From positions 17,588,696 to 17,652,695 of the forward strand of contig JASCQW010000130.1 of assembly GCA_030264375.1 (NCBI GenBank): 64,000 nt of DNA, read 5' to 3'. This DNA is from Carcharhinus longimanus. Taxonomy: Eukaryota. The notes below the pieces were generated by a model, which searched no databases, was not told where the DNA came from, and saw only the letters and a list, made by a program, of their open reading frames with translations. The translations under genes were made by a program, and so were the position numbers. Below, one piece after another: positions 25,422-38,462 of the stretch (within the stretch, counting starts at the first letter, position 1; each line of letters begins with the position of its first letter).

Positions 25422-26547
25422 AAATTCCATTGTGAGAAAGATACCTTGAGTGCAACATGCTATTATGCACAAGAAACCTTCACCTTTTGTATTAAGTTCT
25501 CAGCTTAGACTTTAAGCAAAATTAAGACTGAAAGGGTCTTCATTACAAGGTGTGGACCAGTTTAATTTGTTTGCAACATTTTATTGCCAGATTGTGCTAA
25601 TTGTTCATTGGTTGTTAGTATAGATTCTTTGTAATTTACCACTTGGACATTGTGTATTCACTTGACCATCGTGTCATCGTTACTGGCTTCATGCTAAGGC
25701 TGCTGACTGGTCCAATTTTCCTGCTTTCTCCCTAAAGCGTTTTTAATACCTTTCTTTCCATCTCTCATAAACATTGGCTACATTCTTGTTTCTGGTCTGA
25801 ATTAGCACTGGATAGTTATGACTTTATTGGGAGGGGAGGAAGAACATAGAACATTACAGCGCAGAACAGGCCCTTCGGCCCACGATGTTGCGCCGACCAG
25901 TTAAAAAACAATGACCNNNNNNNNNNNNNNNNNNNNNNNNNNNNNNNNNNNNNNNNNNNNNNNNNNNNNNNNNNNNNNNNNNNNNNNNNNNNNNNNNNNN
26001 NNNNNNNNNNNNNNNNNNNNNNNNNNNNNNNNNNNNNNNNNNNNNNNNNNNNNNNNNNNNNNNNNNNNNNNNNNNNNNNNNNNNNNNNNNNNNNNNNNNN
26101 NNNNNNNNNNNNNNNNNNNNNNNNNNNNNNNNNNNNNNNNNNNNNNNNNNNNNNNNNNNNNNNNNNNNNNNNNNNNNNNNNNNNNNNNNNNNNNNNNNNN
26201 NNNNNNNNNNNNNNNNNNNNNNNNNNNNNNNNNNNNNNNNNNNNNNNNNNNNNNNNNNNNNNNNNNNNNNNNNNNNNNNNNNNNNNNNNNNNNNNNNNNN
26301 NNNNNNNNNNNNNNNNNNNNNNNNNNNNNNNNNNNNNNNNNNNNNNNNNNNNNNNNNNNNNNNNNNNNNNNNNNNNNNNNNNNNNNNNNNNNNNNNNNNN
26401 NNNNNNNNNNNNNNNNNNNNNNNNNNNNNNNNNNNNNNNNNNNNNNNNNNNNNNNNNNNNNNNNNNNNNNNNNNNNNNNNNNNNNNNNNNNNNNNNNNNN
26501 NNNNNNNNNNNNNNNNNNNNNNNNNNNNNNNNNNNNNNNNNNNNNNN

Positions 26548-26566
26548 CCGGCATCTCCACATCATT
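26548..26566 (+). mobile_element. Terminus of another Penelope family A copy hidden in the gap
   Basis: ccggcatctccacatcat is the reverse complement of the family A end at 3807 (atgatgtggagatgcc). Confidence 0.6.
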
Positions 26567-27894
26567 CCTCCCGCAGTCCAAAGATGTGCAGGTTAGGTGC
26601 ATTGGCCATGCTAAATTCTCCCTCGTGTACTCGAATGGGTGCCAGGATGTGGCGACTAGGGGATAACTTCACTGCAGTGTTAATGTAGGCCTACTTGTGA
26701 CAATAATAAATAAATTTGCTCATTTATTTCATTGCCATTTGTGGGACCTTGTGAGCAAAATAGCTGTCATATGTACCACACTTAAAATACTTAGTTGCCT
26801 GTAAAGCACTCTGGCGTGTCTGAGGCACTGTATAATGTCAAATTAATTTGCTACTACAGATGTCACAAGCTGCACTGATCTTGAAATGCTACAAATCGGT
26901 AACTGGCATGTTTCGATTTGCCCATCCAACAAAACCTGAGTATGTGATGTAAAAACTGTTACAAACGCATCTATTATATTTCACCAAGGCCCTAGGCTGC
27001 TATTTGTTTCTTGCCTTTACAGCTATCCGGATCCCGACTAAACACTGCACTTCTGGCCATCGGACACGGTTTGCCACACTCCTGGGCTACGAATATCTCA
27101 GATTGGACTACCCCACCTTCAGACATTGCACATCACAATGGTATGACAGCTCTGACTTGCCATATACAATGCAATGGAACAGCTGCTGGAAATAGAAATA
27201 TTTCGTTGTACTTCCAGTATTGCATGAAAGTTTCATGAGCAGGTCAAATTTCTATTGTCCATGTGGTATAGGTACACCCCGGTACTATAAGGAAGATAGT
27301 TCCAGCATTTTAACCTTATGATAGTGAAGGAGCAGCAATATATTGAATGGTGAGTAACTTGGAGGGGAATTTGCAGGTGGTAGTGTTCCTATGCATCTGC
27401 TGCCCTTGTCCTAGCTGGTGAAGGGTGTGGGTTTGGAAGGTGCTGTTGAAGGACCCTTAATGAGTTGCTGCATTGCATCTTGTAGATGCCTCATTTTGGA
27501 GGGGCCTACCCCTCTCCTTGACACTCCTGTTGGCTAACCTTCTCTCTTGCCACCTCTGCAGTTTCTGGCTTATTTCTGCAAGCTGAAGTTTTTTCACTCC
27601 AAAGCTGCTCTTCCTGCCACTTGTGAGTTACCTCCTGAGCGCACAGCCCAGCGTAGGTTTGGGTGATGGAAATGAAGTTCAGCCAGCAGGAAGGTCCAAA
27701 CGCACAATGTGAGCAGGAGGTTTAATGAGCATGATCGATGGTGACGGGCAGGGATGAAGAACAGAAAAGCAATGAGGAAGAAAATTGGCAAGTGGGAGTG
27801 GCAGCAAAAGGGAGGTAAGTAGAAAGAGTTAGCATGTTTCTTTTTTTTTGGTTTATTTTACATAGTTATTTGGTAGTACAGATATGAGTATTGC

Positions 27895-28470
27895 TTAAAA
27901 AAATTGTCAAAGCTTTTCATCTTGCACCCATCAGGACAATTCACAAGAATGTCAATGTAAGGGAAAACATCATATACTGTATAAGAAGAAAGTACTGGTT
28001 GGCAAGTGAACTGTGGTAGACATGTTGTCATGGAGAATGTACCAGTTGATGATGACAGACAGTAACCTGCCAAGTATTGTTTGAAATTTAAACTAAGTAG
28101 CTTGACTCTGGTCAAGGCATTTGTCTGAGAAATGAACTAGCAAACACTTATCTAGCTGAAATAGGTGCATTGTGTTCTGTCTGCCTGCAAAGAACAGGGC
28201 TCCGAGTGTTAATATATGTAGCTTCCAGCACGTGTAAATGCACCACACTGCAAGTCCATCTGGGCTATCTTAAATTGGTGGTTAGCATAATTCTTAGCAT
28301 ACTGGGGATTACTTTGCAAATGTTATCCAATCGCAGAATCACATCTGATGTTGGATGCTGTGCTTTGGGTTTTGCGAGCAGTCTGGTTAAATATGGTCTG
28401 TACCTTTCCCATTGTGAACAGCCAAAGAGACATGCTGCTTGATATGATCTGCCTGTCTTTGGGACATACA
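27895..28470 (-). mobile_element. Penelope-like element 3' end (family B) with hammerhead motif
   Basis: - strand remnants CDSAIG*HLQSNPQYAKNYANHQFKI and HLHVLEATYINTRSPVLCRQ (GIY-YIG C-terminus). Hammerhead at 27940-27902: attgtc-CTGATGG-gtgcaagat-GAAA-agct-TT-gacaat. Confidence 0.78.
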
Positions 28471-29282
28471 GCCTACTTACCTAGCATCACAGTGACGCTG
28501 AAATTCATATACCACTACTGATTAGTGCAATGGGCAGAATGTCTTTTTGGCTTGATGGCAGCATCCTGTTAGTGGGCAATACAGCTCACATTGATTACTA
28601 TGGAGTAGAGTAGCAATGTGAAATGACAAGCTTCATCTATTGCTCAATTGTTTGAGATACCTAACTTGAGATAGATAGATAGATTTTTCAGCTGCAAAGG
28701 GCTTTAGGCCTGTTCATGACTTTGCACAAAATGATCTGTTCAGGGTAGCCATTATCCCATAGGATGGTTTTGATGCACCCTGTTTCAGCATCAAGCTTTC
28801 ATGGTGAGCAAGTGGCTCAGAGGTTGCTGATGTGGCTGATCTTACACCACATGACGAATCCCAATGTGTATATAGTATAAAGTTGAGTTTTGTCTGACAT
28901 TGGTATTCTTTTGATTGTCTTGATTAATGCAAAACAAAAAGCTCCTTTTTCACATTATTTTAAATGTAATTTCATTTCTGAATATAGAAATTTATCAACG
29001 TACATATTTCAACTTAGAAAAATTAATTAAAACATACTTTATAACAAAGGTCAAACAGAACTTAATGATTTGCTTAGTGCCATTTCACTTAAAGTTGCAC
29101 TTTTCAGGAAATAACTACAATATGCATGGGCTTGCATGTAACTAGCTTGTATTTAAGGTTACTAGTTTTGAATTCTCACAAGTGGAAACATTTCACATCT
29201 ATCCTGTCCAAGCCACTTGTAATTTTAAAGACCTCTATCAAGTCTTCTCCAAGTTTTTTTTCTCAGGGTCAAGAACGAAGCC

Positions 29283-29682
29283 CAGTCGTGAACAAAGCCC
29301 AGTCCATCACTCAAACCAGCCTCCCATCCATTGATTATGTCTACATTTCTTACTGCCTCAAAAAAGCAGCCAGCAAGGACTCCCCACACCCTGGACGTAC
29401 TCTCTTCCGCCTTCTTCCGTTGGGAAAAAGCTACAAAAGTCTGAGGTCACGTACCAACTGACTCAAGAACAGCTTCTTCCCTGCTGCCATCAGAGTTTTG
29501 AATGGACCTACCTCATAATGTTGATCTTTCTCTACACCCTATCTATGACTGTAACACCACATTCTGCACCCTCTCTTTTCCTTCTCTCTGTACAGTATGC
29601 TTTATCTGTATAGCATGCAAAAAACAATACTTTTTCACTGTGTTCCAATACAGGTGACCAGAATGAATAAAATCAAATCAAT
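29283..29682 (+). mobile_element. Rex1/Babar-type LINE 3' fragment
   Basis: VNKAQSITQTSLPSID...LLPLGKSYKSLRSRTN*LKNSFFPAAIR; same family as 712-1222. Confidence 0.8.
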
Positions 29683-29699
29683 CACCACCTATATGTGTC

Positions 29700-30530
29700 T
29701 GACATCCTTTTCATCTGGCATAACAGGCAACTTTCTTACATACTTTCCACCTATTATCATGCAGAACAACTTGACTCATAACAAGAGAGATCGATCCTAG
29801 ACAGATGGTGCAATGCCCAAACTTTAGGTCCTGACACACTTTGAAAGTAACACCATCCAGCTGGTTAGTAAGGACACAGACTGCTCCTGTGCTGACGGTG
29901 ACGACTGCAGTGCTGAATCAAATGAGCATCCCTCACTATAACATCCATCAGACAACCAAACTGTGGTGATGTTGTTAGCTTCGCAACCTCCTGCCATGCA
30001 GTAATGATCCCTCCTTCTTTTCACAGGCACATTGGGACAACATCAGAGGCCAATCCGTGAGCCAAGCTCCCAACTCGGCCTGAAGACACTTCGGAAGATT
30101 AACCTCACGTATAAAGACCAGTCACAGCACTCGCCCACAACGCAACCTGTACAGAGACACCCATTTTGGTGTGACCTAGTTCTAGAGTAGCCTCGGAGTC
30201 ACAATCTGATGAGCACAGCAAACTGTCTGATCCACTACAGGTTGAAGTGGGGATATTCCAGGTGCCGGACACCTGGAGGCCAGGAATCATCTGAGTTCGA
30301 GTCTGATAATGAGCTTTTGGATTTGGCTATACCTCAACTACTGGAATTACAAAGTCAAGCCTGGGAACATCAGAAAGGGTTGGTTGCTACATTCCTCAGA
30401 TTACAAGACACATTGGAGGAGTCCGTGAGCCTTCCAGTCTGAGGTGATCCCACTGACATGCCATTGCATTGAGGCCAACACTGGTAGGATCGTGGTCACG
30501 ATGGAGATGTGGGTCAAGGACATTGGCCCT
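29700..30530 (+). mobile_element. Decayed PIF/Harbinger-like Myb/SANT ORF remnant
   Basis: QNNLTHNKRDRS*TDGAMPKL*VLTHFE resembles the AHN..ER..TGGG motif of Harbinger DNA-binding ORFs. Recognition only. Confidence 0.45.
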
Positions 30531-32544
30531 GTAGGTTTTTCAGCTGTACTGGTTCACTGGCCACCTTCTGCAGGCCTAGTATAGCAAGTATGTCTTCAAA
30601 TAGGCAACTGGGGAAAATCTCACAAATTTGGCCATCAAAATATATTGGAACTTATTCTCAAGATACAAGATGTATGAGGTGGCAGATAGGTTTAAAATTT
30701 GTGCTGGTTTTATATTCTTAGAAAGAAATTTATTTAAATATCATAGGAAATAAACTGAACATTTATGGGCACAGAACAAATCCTAAAACAGTAGCTTGCT
30801 GATTCATTCATGGTTGCAGATATACTTAATTTCTTATTCCCATTTGTTATTTTGTACCATGTCCCATGCCTGCTTCATCTCTCTGTACAAATTTACAAAC
30901 TTTTCTCTCCTGGTCCCACTACCTTCTCTCTGAAAATTGCAAATATCCCTTACAAGTAACTCCTCTTGTGCCAGCAGAGCTAATGGTGAACGCGTCTCAT
31001 GCTCTACCCTTAGTCCCCCATTAATCATCTGTATCCTATTCCTTGGGATTATCATCAACAGAAGAAGCTTTTACATGAATGCTGTTTGAACCCAATGCTT
31101 GTGAACTGAGTCCATGATTAATTCACACCATGTCAATATTTCCTCTATGTCGCCAGCAAGGCTGAGTCCCTTCTTTCAGCATTTGCATGCTACTGAGATT
31201 GCACTATCCCATCATTGGAAATTTGGAAGCATAGTTTTTTTTTAACTGGACTATTAAGCCAGAGGTCTGAAGTAGTGATCCGGTGACAGTAGTTCAAATC
31301 CAATCACAAGCTGGGGCATATAAATTGAATTAATTAAGAAAAGGCTGTCTTTGCTGCCAACACGGTACAATGCACAGTTGTAATGTTTACTCCGTGAAAC
31401 TATTGACAGTGATGGAATAACCAACAGCAGGACAGAAATAAAGGGGAATAGGGACGGAGTGGGTAGGAAGGAAGTGGAGGAGTGGATCAACCTAATGAGG
31501 GCTTCCATGCAATCAACAAAGGGCAGCCCCCAAAGAGCAAGAATTCCCCCGCCACCCCCACATTCCTTGTCGCCCTCTAAACATTTAAGTTTAAAAATCG
31601 GGTTTCCCACTCCCACCCTGTTGGTCATGCCAAACATTTTATGACATGGCAGTGTTATTATGTGGGTCAACAAGTTAGGTAACAAGTTAATCAACCCTTA
31701 ACTCAATTAAATAGGGTGGGCAAGCTGTAGTGTTGGTTTTGGTGCCCATCTGCTTCCTTGTGTTATGAGGGTTAGCAGGGAAGATGGGAACTGCATTCAT
31801 CCCATTTTACATGCCCCTTCCCACCCTGCTTGCAGGAAACATGCCTGCGGGGAAGTGGGGGGGTGACCTAAAATTCAGCCCACAGTGTTAAATAAATCTG
31901 GAATAAAAACAGCAATTATGTTGACTGTGAAAAGTACCAGACAGCTACTAACAAGTCGTCTAGTTTACTAATGTCCTTTGATGGATGAGCATTACATGGA
32001 CTGGCTTCAGAACCACTTAACAATGTGGCTGACTCATAACCAAACTCAGGAATGTTTGAGCAAGCCACTCAATTATCTTCAAGATGGCAGCTGGCCACCA
32101 CCTTGGCTGTAATTGGCATTGAGCAGTGACGGCCACATCCAAATAAATTAACAAACAAAAAAAATCCTCCGAAGATGCCTGCTATGAGTAGACTACCATC
32201 AATGTCTGCATGATTTTGATAATGTGCATCTCCTGCATCCATACCTCCAATGTCACACCCTCTCCACCCTTTACAGACGCAAATTAATCAAATTCTGGAT
32301 ACAAACAGCCTCAGGTATTAAATTTTGAATGTCTATTAATCCTATTCTTATCAAGCTCGCCCAATTTCAAGTCTTCCAGTCCATTAATTTCCAATTTATA
32401 CCTTTGCCCAATCCTAATAACATCTTCCAACTACTTTGACAAAGATGTCAGAATTTCTGTTTCCTGTCAATACAAAACTGCATGAGATGATGGTTTCTAC
32501 CCTCTAAGGAAGGGCACTTAACGATCCAGACCTTGACTTTATAC

Positions 32545-33025
32545 CTTTATCTGAGGAAGGATGGCCTTGCCAAAGCAGGAATGTAGCAAAAGTTTGCCAA
32601 CTAATTCTTGGGTTGGCAGGTATGTCATATAAGTCGGTTAGGATTATATTCATTGGCGTTTGGAAGAGTGAATGGTGATCTCAGAGACATATAAGATTCT
32701 AATGGGTTTAGATAGGGTGATTTTGGAAAGAAATTTCATGATGGTGGTGAAGTCCAGAACTAGGGGGGGTCATAGTTTGAGGATAAGGGGTAAACCTTTT
32801 GGGAGTGAGGTGAAGAGAAACTTCTTAACCCAGAGAATGTTGAATTTGTAGTTGAGGCGAAAATGTTGTGTGATTTCAAGAGATTAAATATAGCTCTTGG
32901 GGCTAGAGGGATCAAGGGATATGGAAGGAAGGCATATTGAATTTGATGATCAGTCATGATCAAAATGAAGGCCGGAACGGGCTTGAAGGACTGAGTGGCC
33001 TACTCCTGTTTCTATTTTCTATGTT
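32545..33025 (+). mobile_element. CR1 LINE 3' end
   Basis: Tail ggactgagtggcctactcctgtttctattttctatgttt; same family as 41590-41935 and 50327-50819. Confidence 0.75.
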
Positions 33026-33724
33026 TTAATTCTGTCTGAGCACATATTCCCTTCTGGATTGATCTTCACTTCTCCTGTTCCACCACCAGTGGGCAATCCT
33101 TTGATCACCACAATCTCCCTAATCTATATTTCACTTCCTGCAAAAACATCTTTTTTTAAAAAAAAACTCACCTGGCTACATTTTTGGTGTATCTTTTATT
33201 TACCTCCTTCCTGTGTGTCCTCCTTCCCTTCTTTGTTAAGCATTTTGATTTTCTGACATGGTATTAAACAAGTAAACAATTTTTATTGCCAAAAGCATGA
33301 TGGAAAAATGCCTGGTCCAGAAAACTGAATGAAAAAAAACAGGAGAAATTCTCAAGTCTGAATCCCTGTCTTGGGTCACAGCCAGTGCATCTGCATAACT
33401 GCAATACCTTTGGAGGAGATGGTGGTGTAGGGGTAACGTAGAAGTGGATTATAATTCTAGCCTCAAATACAGACAATCCTAGATCAGGAACATTCCTCAA
33501 CAAATACCCTCACCTGAATTCAAGGCAGCAATTTCACATAGACACTCACTTTGGATCTGAGAAAGTGAATCACATCTCACCCAAAAAAAGCAAGTATTAA
33601 GAGATATTACTTTTTCTTGGAAATCCTGATAAACAATTTGTCGGCCATGTTATAATTAGCCAGGTATTATAAGAATCCAGGAGTCTCTCTTCAAAAATTC
33701 TATCCACTTTCAAAAAAGGGAAGG

Positions 33725-34072
33725 AAGGTGATGGCCTTGTGGTATTATCACTAGACTATTAATCCAGAAACTCAGCTAATGGTCTGGGGACCTGGGTTTG
33801 AATCCCACCACATCAGCTGGTGGAATCTGAATTCAATAAAAGTTGTCTGGAATTAAGAATCTACTGATGACCGTAAAACCATTGTCGATTGCCAGAAAAA
33901 CCCATCTGGTTCACTAATGTCGATCAGGGAAGGCAATCTGCCATCCTTACCTGGTTTAGACTACATGTGACTCCAGATCCACATCAATGTGGTTGACTCC
34001 CAAATGCTTTTGGGCAACTAGGGATGAGCAATAAATGCTGGCCAGGCAGCAACACCCATGTCCCATGAATCA
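33725..34072 (+). mobile_element. tRNA-derived SINE with CR1-derived tail
   Basis: A-box-like tggccttgtggta, B-box-like gggtttgaatccc; tail gggcaactagggatgagcaataaatgctggcc shared with the LINE at 1770-2660. Split copies at about 31250-32150 and 35840-36650. Confidence 0.75.
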
Positions 34073-36059
34073 ATTTTTTAAAAATTGTCAAGAGAGGTGG
34101 GTTCTTTCACTGCATTTGAAGACTACAATAGACAGCAGCAGGGCATGAACAGCCACTAAATTCCAGCCTATATTTTACCAACTTACAAATTTATTACAGA
34201 ATTATTTAACATGTAATACACTTTAAAGTGGATAAGGGGNNNNNNNNNNNNNNNNNNNNNNNNNNNNNNNNNNNNNNNNNNNNNNNNNNNNNNNNNNNNN
34301 NNNNNNNNNNNNNNNNNNNNNNNNNNNNNNNNNNNNNNNNNNNNNNNNNNNNNNNNNNNNNNNNNNNNNNNNNNNNNNNNNNNNNNNNNNNNNNNNNNNN
34401 NNNNNNNNNNNNNNNNNNNNNNNNNNNNNNNNNNNNNNNNNNNNNNNNNNNNNNNNNNNNNNNNNNNNNNNNNNNNNNNNNNNNNNNNNNNNNNNNNNNN
34501 NNNNNNNNNNNNNNNNNNNNNNNNNNNNNNNNNNNNNNNNNNNNNNNNNNNNNNNNNNNNNNNNNNNNNNNNNNNNNNNNNNNNNNNNNNNNNNNNNNNN
34601 NNNNNNNNNNNNNNNNNNNNNNNNNNNNNNNNNNNNNNNNNNNNNNNNNNNNNNNNNNNNNNNNNNNNNNNNNNNNNNNNNNNNNNNNNNNNNNNNNNNN
34701 NNNNNNNNNNNNNNNNNNNNNNNNNNNNNNNNNNNNNNNNNNNNNNNNNNNNNNNNNNNNNNNNNNNNNGATTCATGCCGATGTGCTGTCTCGTCAGGAG
34801 GGTGGGAAGCAGCAAGAGGGGGAAGGATGCAGCCGTGCTAGACACACTAATGACATGGAGATCCAGGCACTCCGGCGCGAGTGAGCTTTGCACTCTTTCT
34901 GGGCACAAAGCCATTCGAGCTTGTAAAACAGGGCCAGATTTTTGGCCCCTCATGCTGTGTTCCCAGCTCGCCACTCTAACCAACAGGAGCGGCGAGCTAG
35001 TGAGATTGCACCCAAAGTTTTAGTTCTAATACAGAATCTAATAAAACCTTAAAAATGTACAATGTCACAACTCATATCAATTTAAGAATACTGATTAGTA
35101 TTGAAAGTAATGTTTCAGCTAAATCCCTGAGTAAATCAGTTGTTGGGGCAACTGGATAAAGATGCTGTCTGCTTTACAACAACTTCTTGCTGAACATTGA
35201 GGGGATGCTCCCTTCAATAGTATTCCTGATCTTCTGAAAGGAAACTGGAACAGTTATACCTACTAAACCAGACTGCATCATTCCTTAGCAGCAACACCTC
35301 TTGATAAACTCCTCCTCTTCAATGTGTCCTTATTATTCACTCTGATTTAATTGTTAAAATAGTTTTTATTATCCATGATGTGAGCCCATAAAGGTTGTCA
35401 TGTTCTTAAATATATCCTTAATATCTTTCCTGTTTACCTTCAATTGTTGCTATTTTGTATAGAAGTGATTTTAAACTTTTAATATTGGAATAGATTTTTC
35501 AAAGCCTATTTTTTCTAATTTGTTGAGGTGACACTGAAAAATGCCTTCTGAATACAAAAAGAGAGACTATCATCAAAAGAGCATTTACTGTTCCTTTGAA
35601 GCTTTTTCTTATCTTTCCAAAGAGTGTAGGGAATTTGAAAGGCCCTGGTGTGCGAGGTACAGACGGTGTCTGTTTAACACATGTTGAAATCAAAGCTGTC
35701 AGTTAGAGCTGCCCATGTATATGCTTTAAGGCATCTTGATAAGAATGGTTACACATGAATATGTGTCCATGTTCTCAAAGTATAATATCCTAAATATAAA
35801 TGAATTCTATTTTTTCATATTTCCTTCACAATGTCACTTGACTAGTAAGCCCGAGGCATAGGCAAAGGCTCTGACAACACAGGTTCAAATCTCACCTTGG
35901 CAGTTTGTGGACTTTGAATTCAATTGAAAATTGATAATGGTGACCATAAAACTATTACTGTCATAAACCCATCTGATTCACTCATGTCAGGTTCACTAAA
36001 GATGAATGTTCCTTTCAGGAAAGTAATCTACCATCCTTATTTGGTCTGGTGGGGGCGGG

Positions 36060-36548
36060 GCAGGGGGGTTCTTTCGGGTCAAACCAAGTAAACTGAAATT
36101 ACGTTGGGACAAAGAAAAAGGGGCGGCTCCCCAAAAGAAGGGGGAACAGCCTGAACAGAAACAAAAAGTACAAAGGAAACTTAAGATACATCAAATCAAA
36201 ATGTGATTGTCGGGGTCTATAACGCACCTCAGCCCCTGCCATGCCCAGCGGGCACAGAAGGCGTCAACTGTGCCTGTGGACACCGCATGCTCCTTCTCCA
36301 GGGACACCTGGCTGTGAATGTAGCCGCGGTACAGGGGCAGACAGTCAGGATGGACAGCCCCCTCGATCGCCCACTGCCTGGACCTGTAAATGGCGCGTTT
36401 CGCCAGGCCCAGGAGCAGGTTCACAAGGAGGTTGGCATCCCAACCCTCCCCTCTCTGCACCAGGTGTCCGTAGATTAGGAGCGTGGGACTGAAGTGCAAA
36501 CAAAACATTAATAAAAGGTGTTTGAGAAAATCAAAAAGGGTGTGCATT
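36060..36548 (-). mobile_element. Tx1-type (L1 clade) LINE 3' end inserted into a SINE
   Basis: Open C-terminal frame LHFSPTLLIYGH...LLVNLLLGLAKRAIYRSR...DCLPLYRGY..VSLEKEHAVS..RWA. Flanked by halves of the SINE family seen at 33725. Confidence 0.75.
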
Positions 36549-36924
36549 TTAAACTCAAAGAATGTATATGATTCCTAACTGCCCTTTAAAATGGCTAGCA
36601 AACCATTCAGTTCAAAGGCAATTAGTGTTGTGACATCCACATCCCATGAAAGAAAACGTAAAATCTGCTGCAACCTGGTAAAGCTAGAATAGAGGATACA
36701 TGTACACAAACCAACAGAAGTAGCATTGGTTCCACAACCACTGTATCAGGTCAAAGCTTTGCATCTCTGCCACATTTAGTTATGAATGGTGGTCGATAAT
36801 TAAGTGACAAATAGGAAGAGGAACATCTCCATTCTCAGCTGATGGTACAACTCAAAGTGCAAAAGACCAGACTGAAAACTTCACAGCCATCTTTAGTTAA
36901 AGCGCAATGTGCATAATCCTTATT

Positions 36925-37086
36925 AGCCAATCTACTAACCTACACATCTTTAGACTGGGAGGAAACTGGAGCACCCAGAGGAAACCCACACAGACACAGG
37001 GAGAATGTGCACACAGACATTACCCCGAGGCCAGAATTGAACCCGGGTCCCTGGCTTTGTGAGGCATAGTGCTAACCATTGTGCCA
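36925..37086 (-). mobile_element. V-type SINE, partial
   Basis: gccaatctactaacctacacatcttt..ggaggaaactggagcacccagaggaaaccca core. Confidence 0.8.
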
Positions 37087-37419
37087 ATCCACAGCCCTTC
37101 ATGTGAGAGACCTCTACAAGATCCTAGCTCTGCATTGAAGGCCTGTGCCCAGAACTAACTGTACTCTTAGCCAAAGGGTTTCAAAGCATATACAACATGG
37201 GCATCAGTCCAACAATGTGGAGAATTTTCCAGGTATGACGTCCGCAAAAAGCAGGACAAACCCAATCAAGCTAACTGCTGCCCTATCAAGCTAGTCTCAG
37301 TTAGACTATTGAAACAGACTGTTAAATTTAACTTACCAGTAATCAGCATTTTCTGTTTTTGCTTCAGATTCCTGCCTCCATAGTGTTATACTTTAATCCC
37401 TGTGTTCTTCACCACACTA

Positions 37420-38462
37420 TCCTCCTCCAACACCTGTCCTTCATTGTCCAGCTGGGTGGAAATGTTCTCCCTTGGTTCTGTTCTTAGCTATCCAGTTGGA
37501 GCGAGAGAACCTCTAATGGTTTATCTACTATCGGGAAGATGCTGCACTGCACTGTTACCTTTGGAATTCCCTGTTGGATCTATTGTTGGCCCACACCACC
37601 TTCTCATTTGCATGCTACCCATTGGCACATAATCCAGAAAAGCATCAGCTTCAACATGTATGCTAATAACTTTGCTCTACCTTTCAAACATATCTTTCCA
37701 TTGTCTCTGTGTTGTCAAACTGTAGTATCCACGATTGGATGAGCCAAAATGTCCATCAATTAAGTATTGAGATCACTGAAGCCATTTGTCTTTGGTACTG
37801 CCCTAACTACCAATTTCATGCCCCCTCCCTGCCCACTGATGCAAGCTGATCCTATTTGACCTTGAACACCTTCTGACACCATATTCTCTCTAACAAAAAG
37901 ACCACCTAGTTCTACCTTTGTCATTGCTGCCTCAATCCAAATGCTCCTGAAACCAATATCCTTTTTTTTTGCCTCTAGACTTGATTTTTCCAGTTCTTTT
38001 CCTGCCAATCACCCATTTTATAAACATTTCTTAAGGTTAAGTTTATCACAGATCTGCTGCCTGCATCAAGTCGCATCAAATCTCATGCACCTACCACCAC
38101 TCTGCTCACTGACCTACATTGGCTCACTTGATCTACATCGCAGCCATGCCTTGATTTTAAAATTCTTATGCCCATGTGCAAAACCCTCTGGCTTAAATCC
38201 TTTCCATCTCTCACCTTTTTGAAGCTATAACGTATTGGGAACTAGGCTAACACTGGCCCCTTGTGCACTCTCACTTCCTTCAATCCCTCATTGAAAGGCC
38301 TTAAACTTGAAAATGTCCTCCTGAAACCTGCCTCTCCCTCGGGATGGACCAATAAAACTGGCCTCTAGTCAACATCGGCGTCATTGTTTTCTGCATGTTT
38401 TGGTGCAGCATTTTGGAATGTTTCAATACATTAAAGACACTATAAATTGAAGTTGTTATTGC
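37420..38462 (+). mobile_element. Decayed L2-like LINE RT/3' region
   Basis: P.GSIVGP, ISFNMYANN, FFASRLDFSSS, LTYIGSL..LILKFL remnants. Confidence 0.65.
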
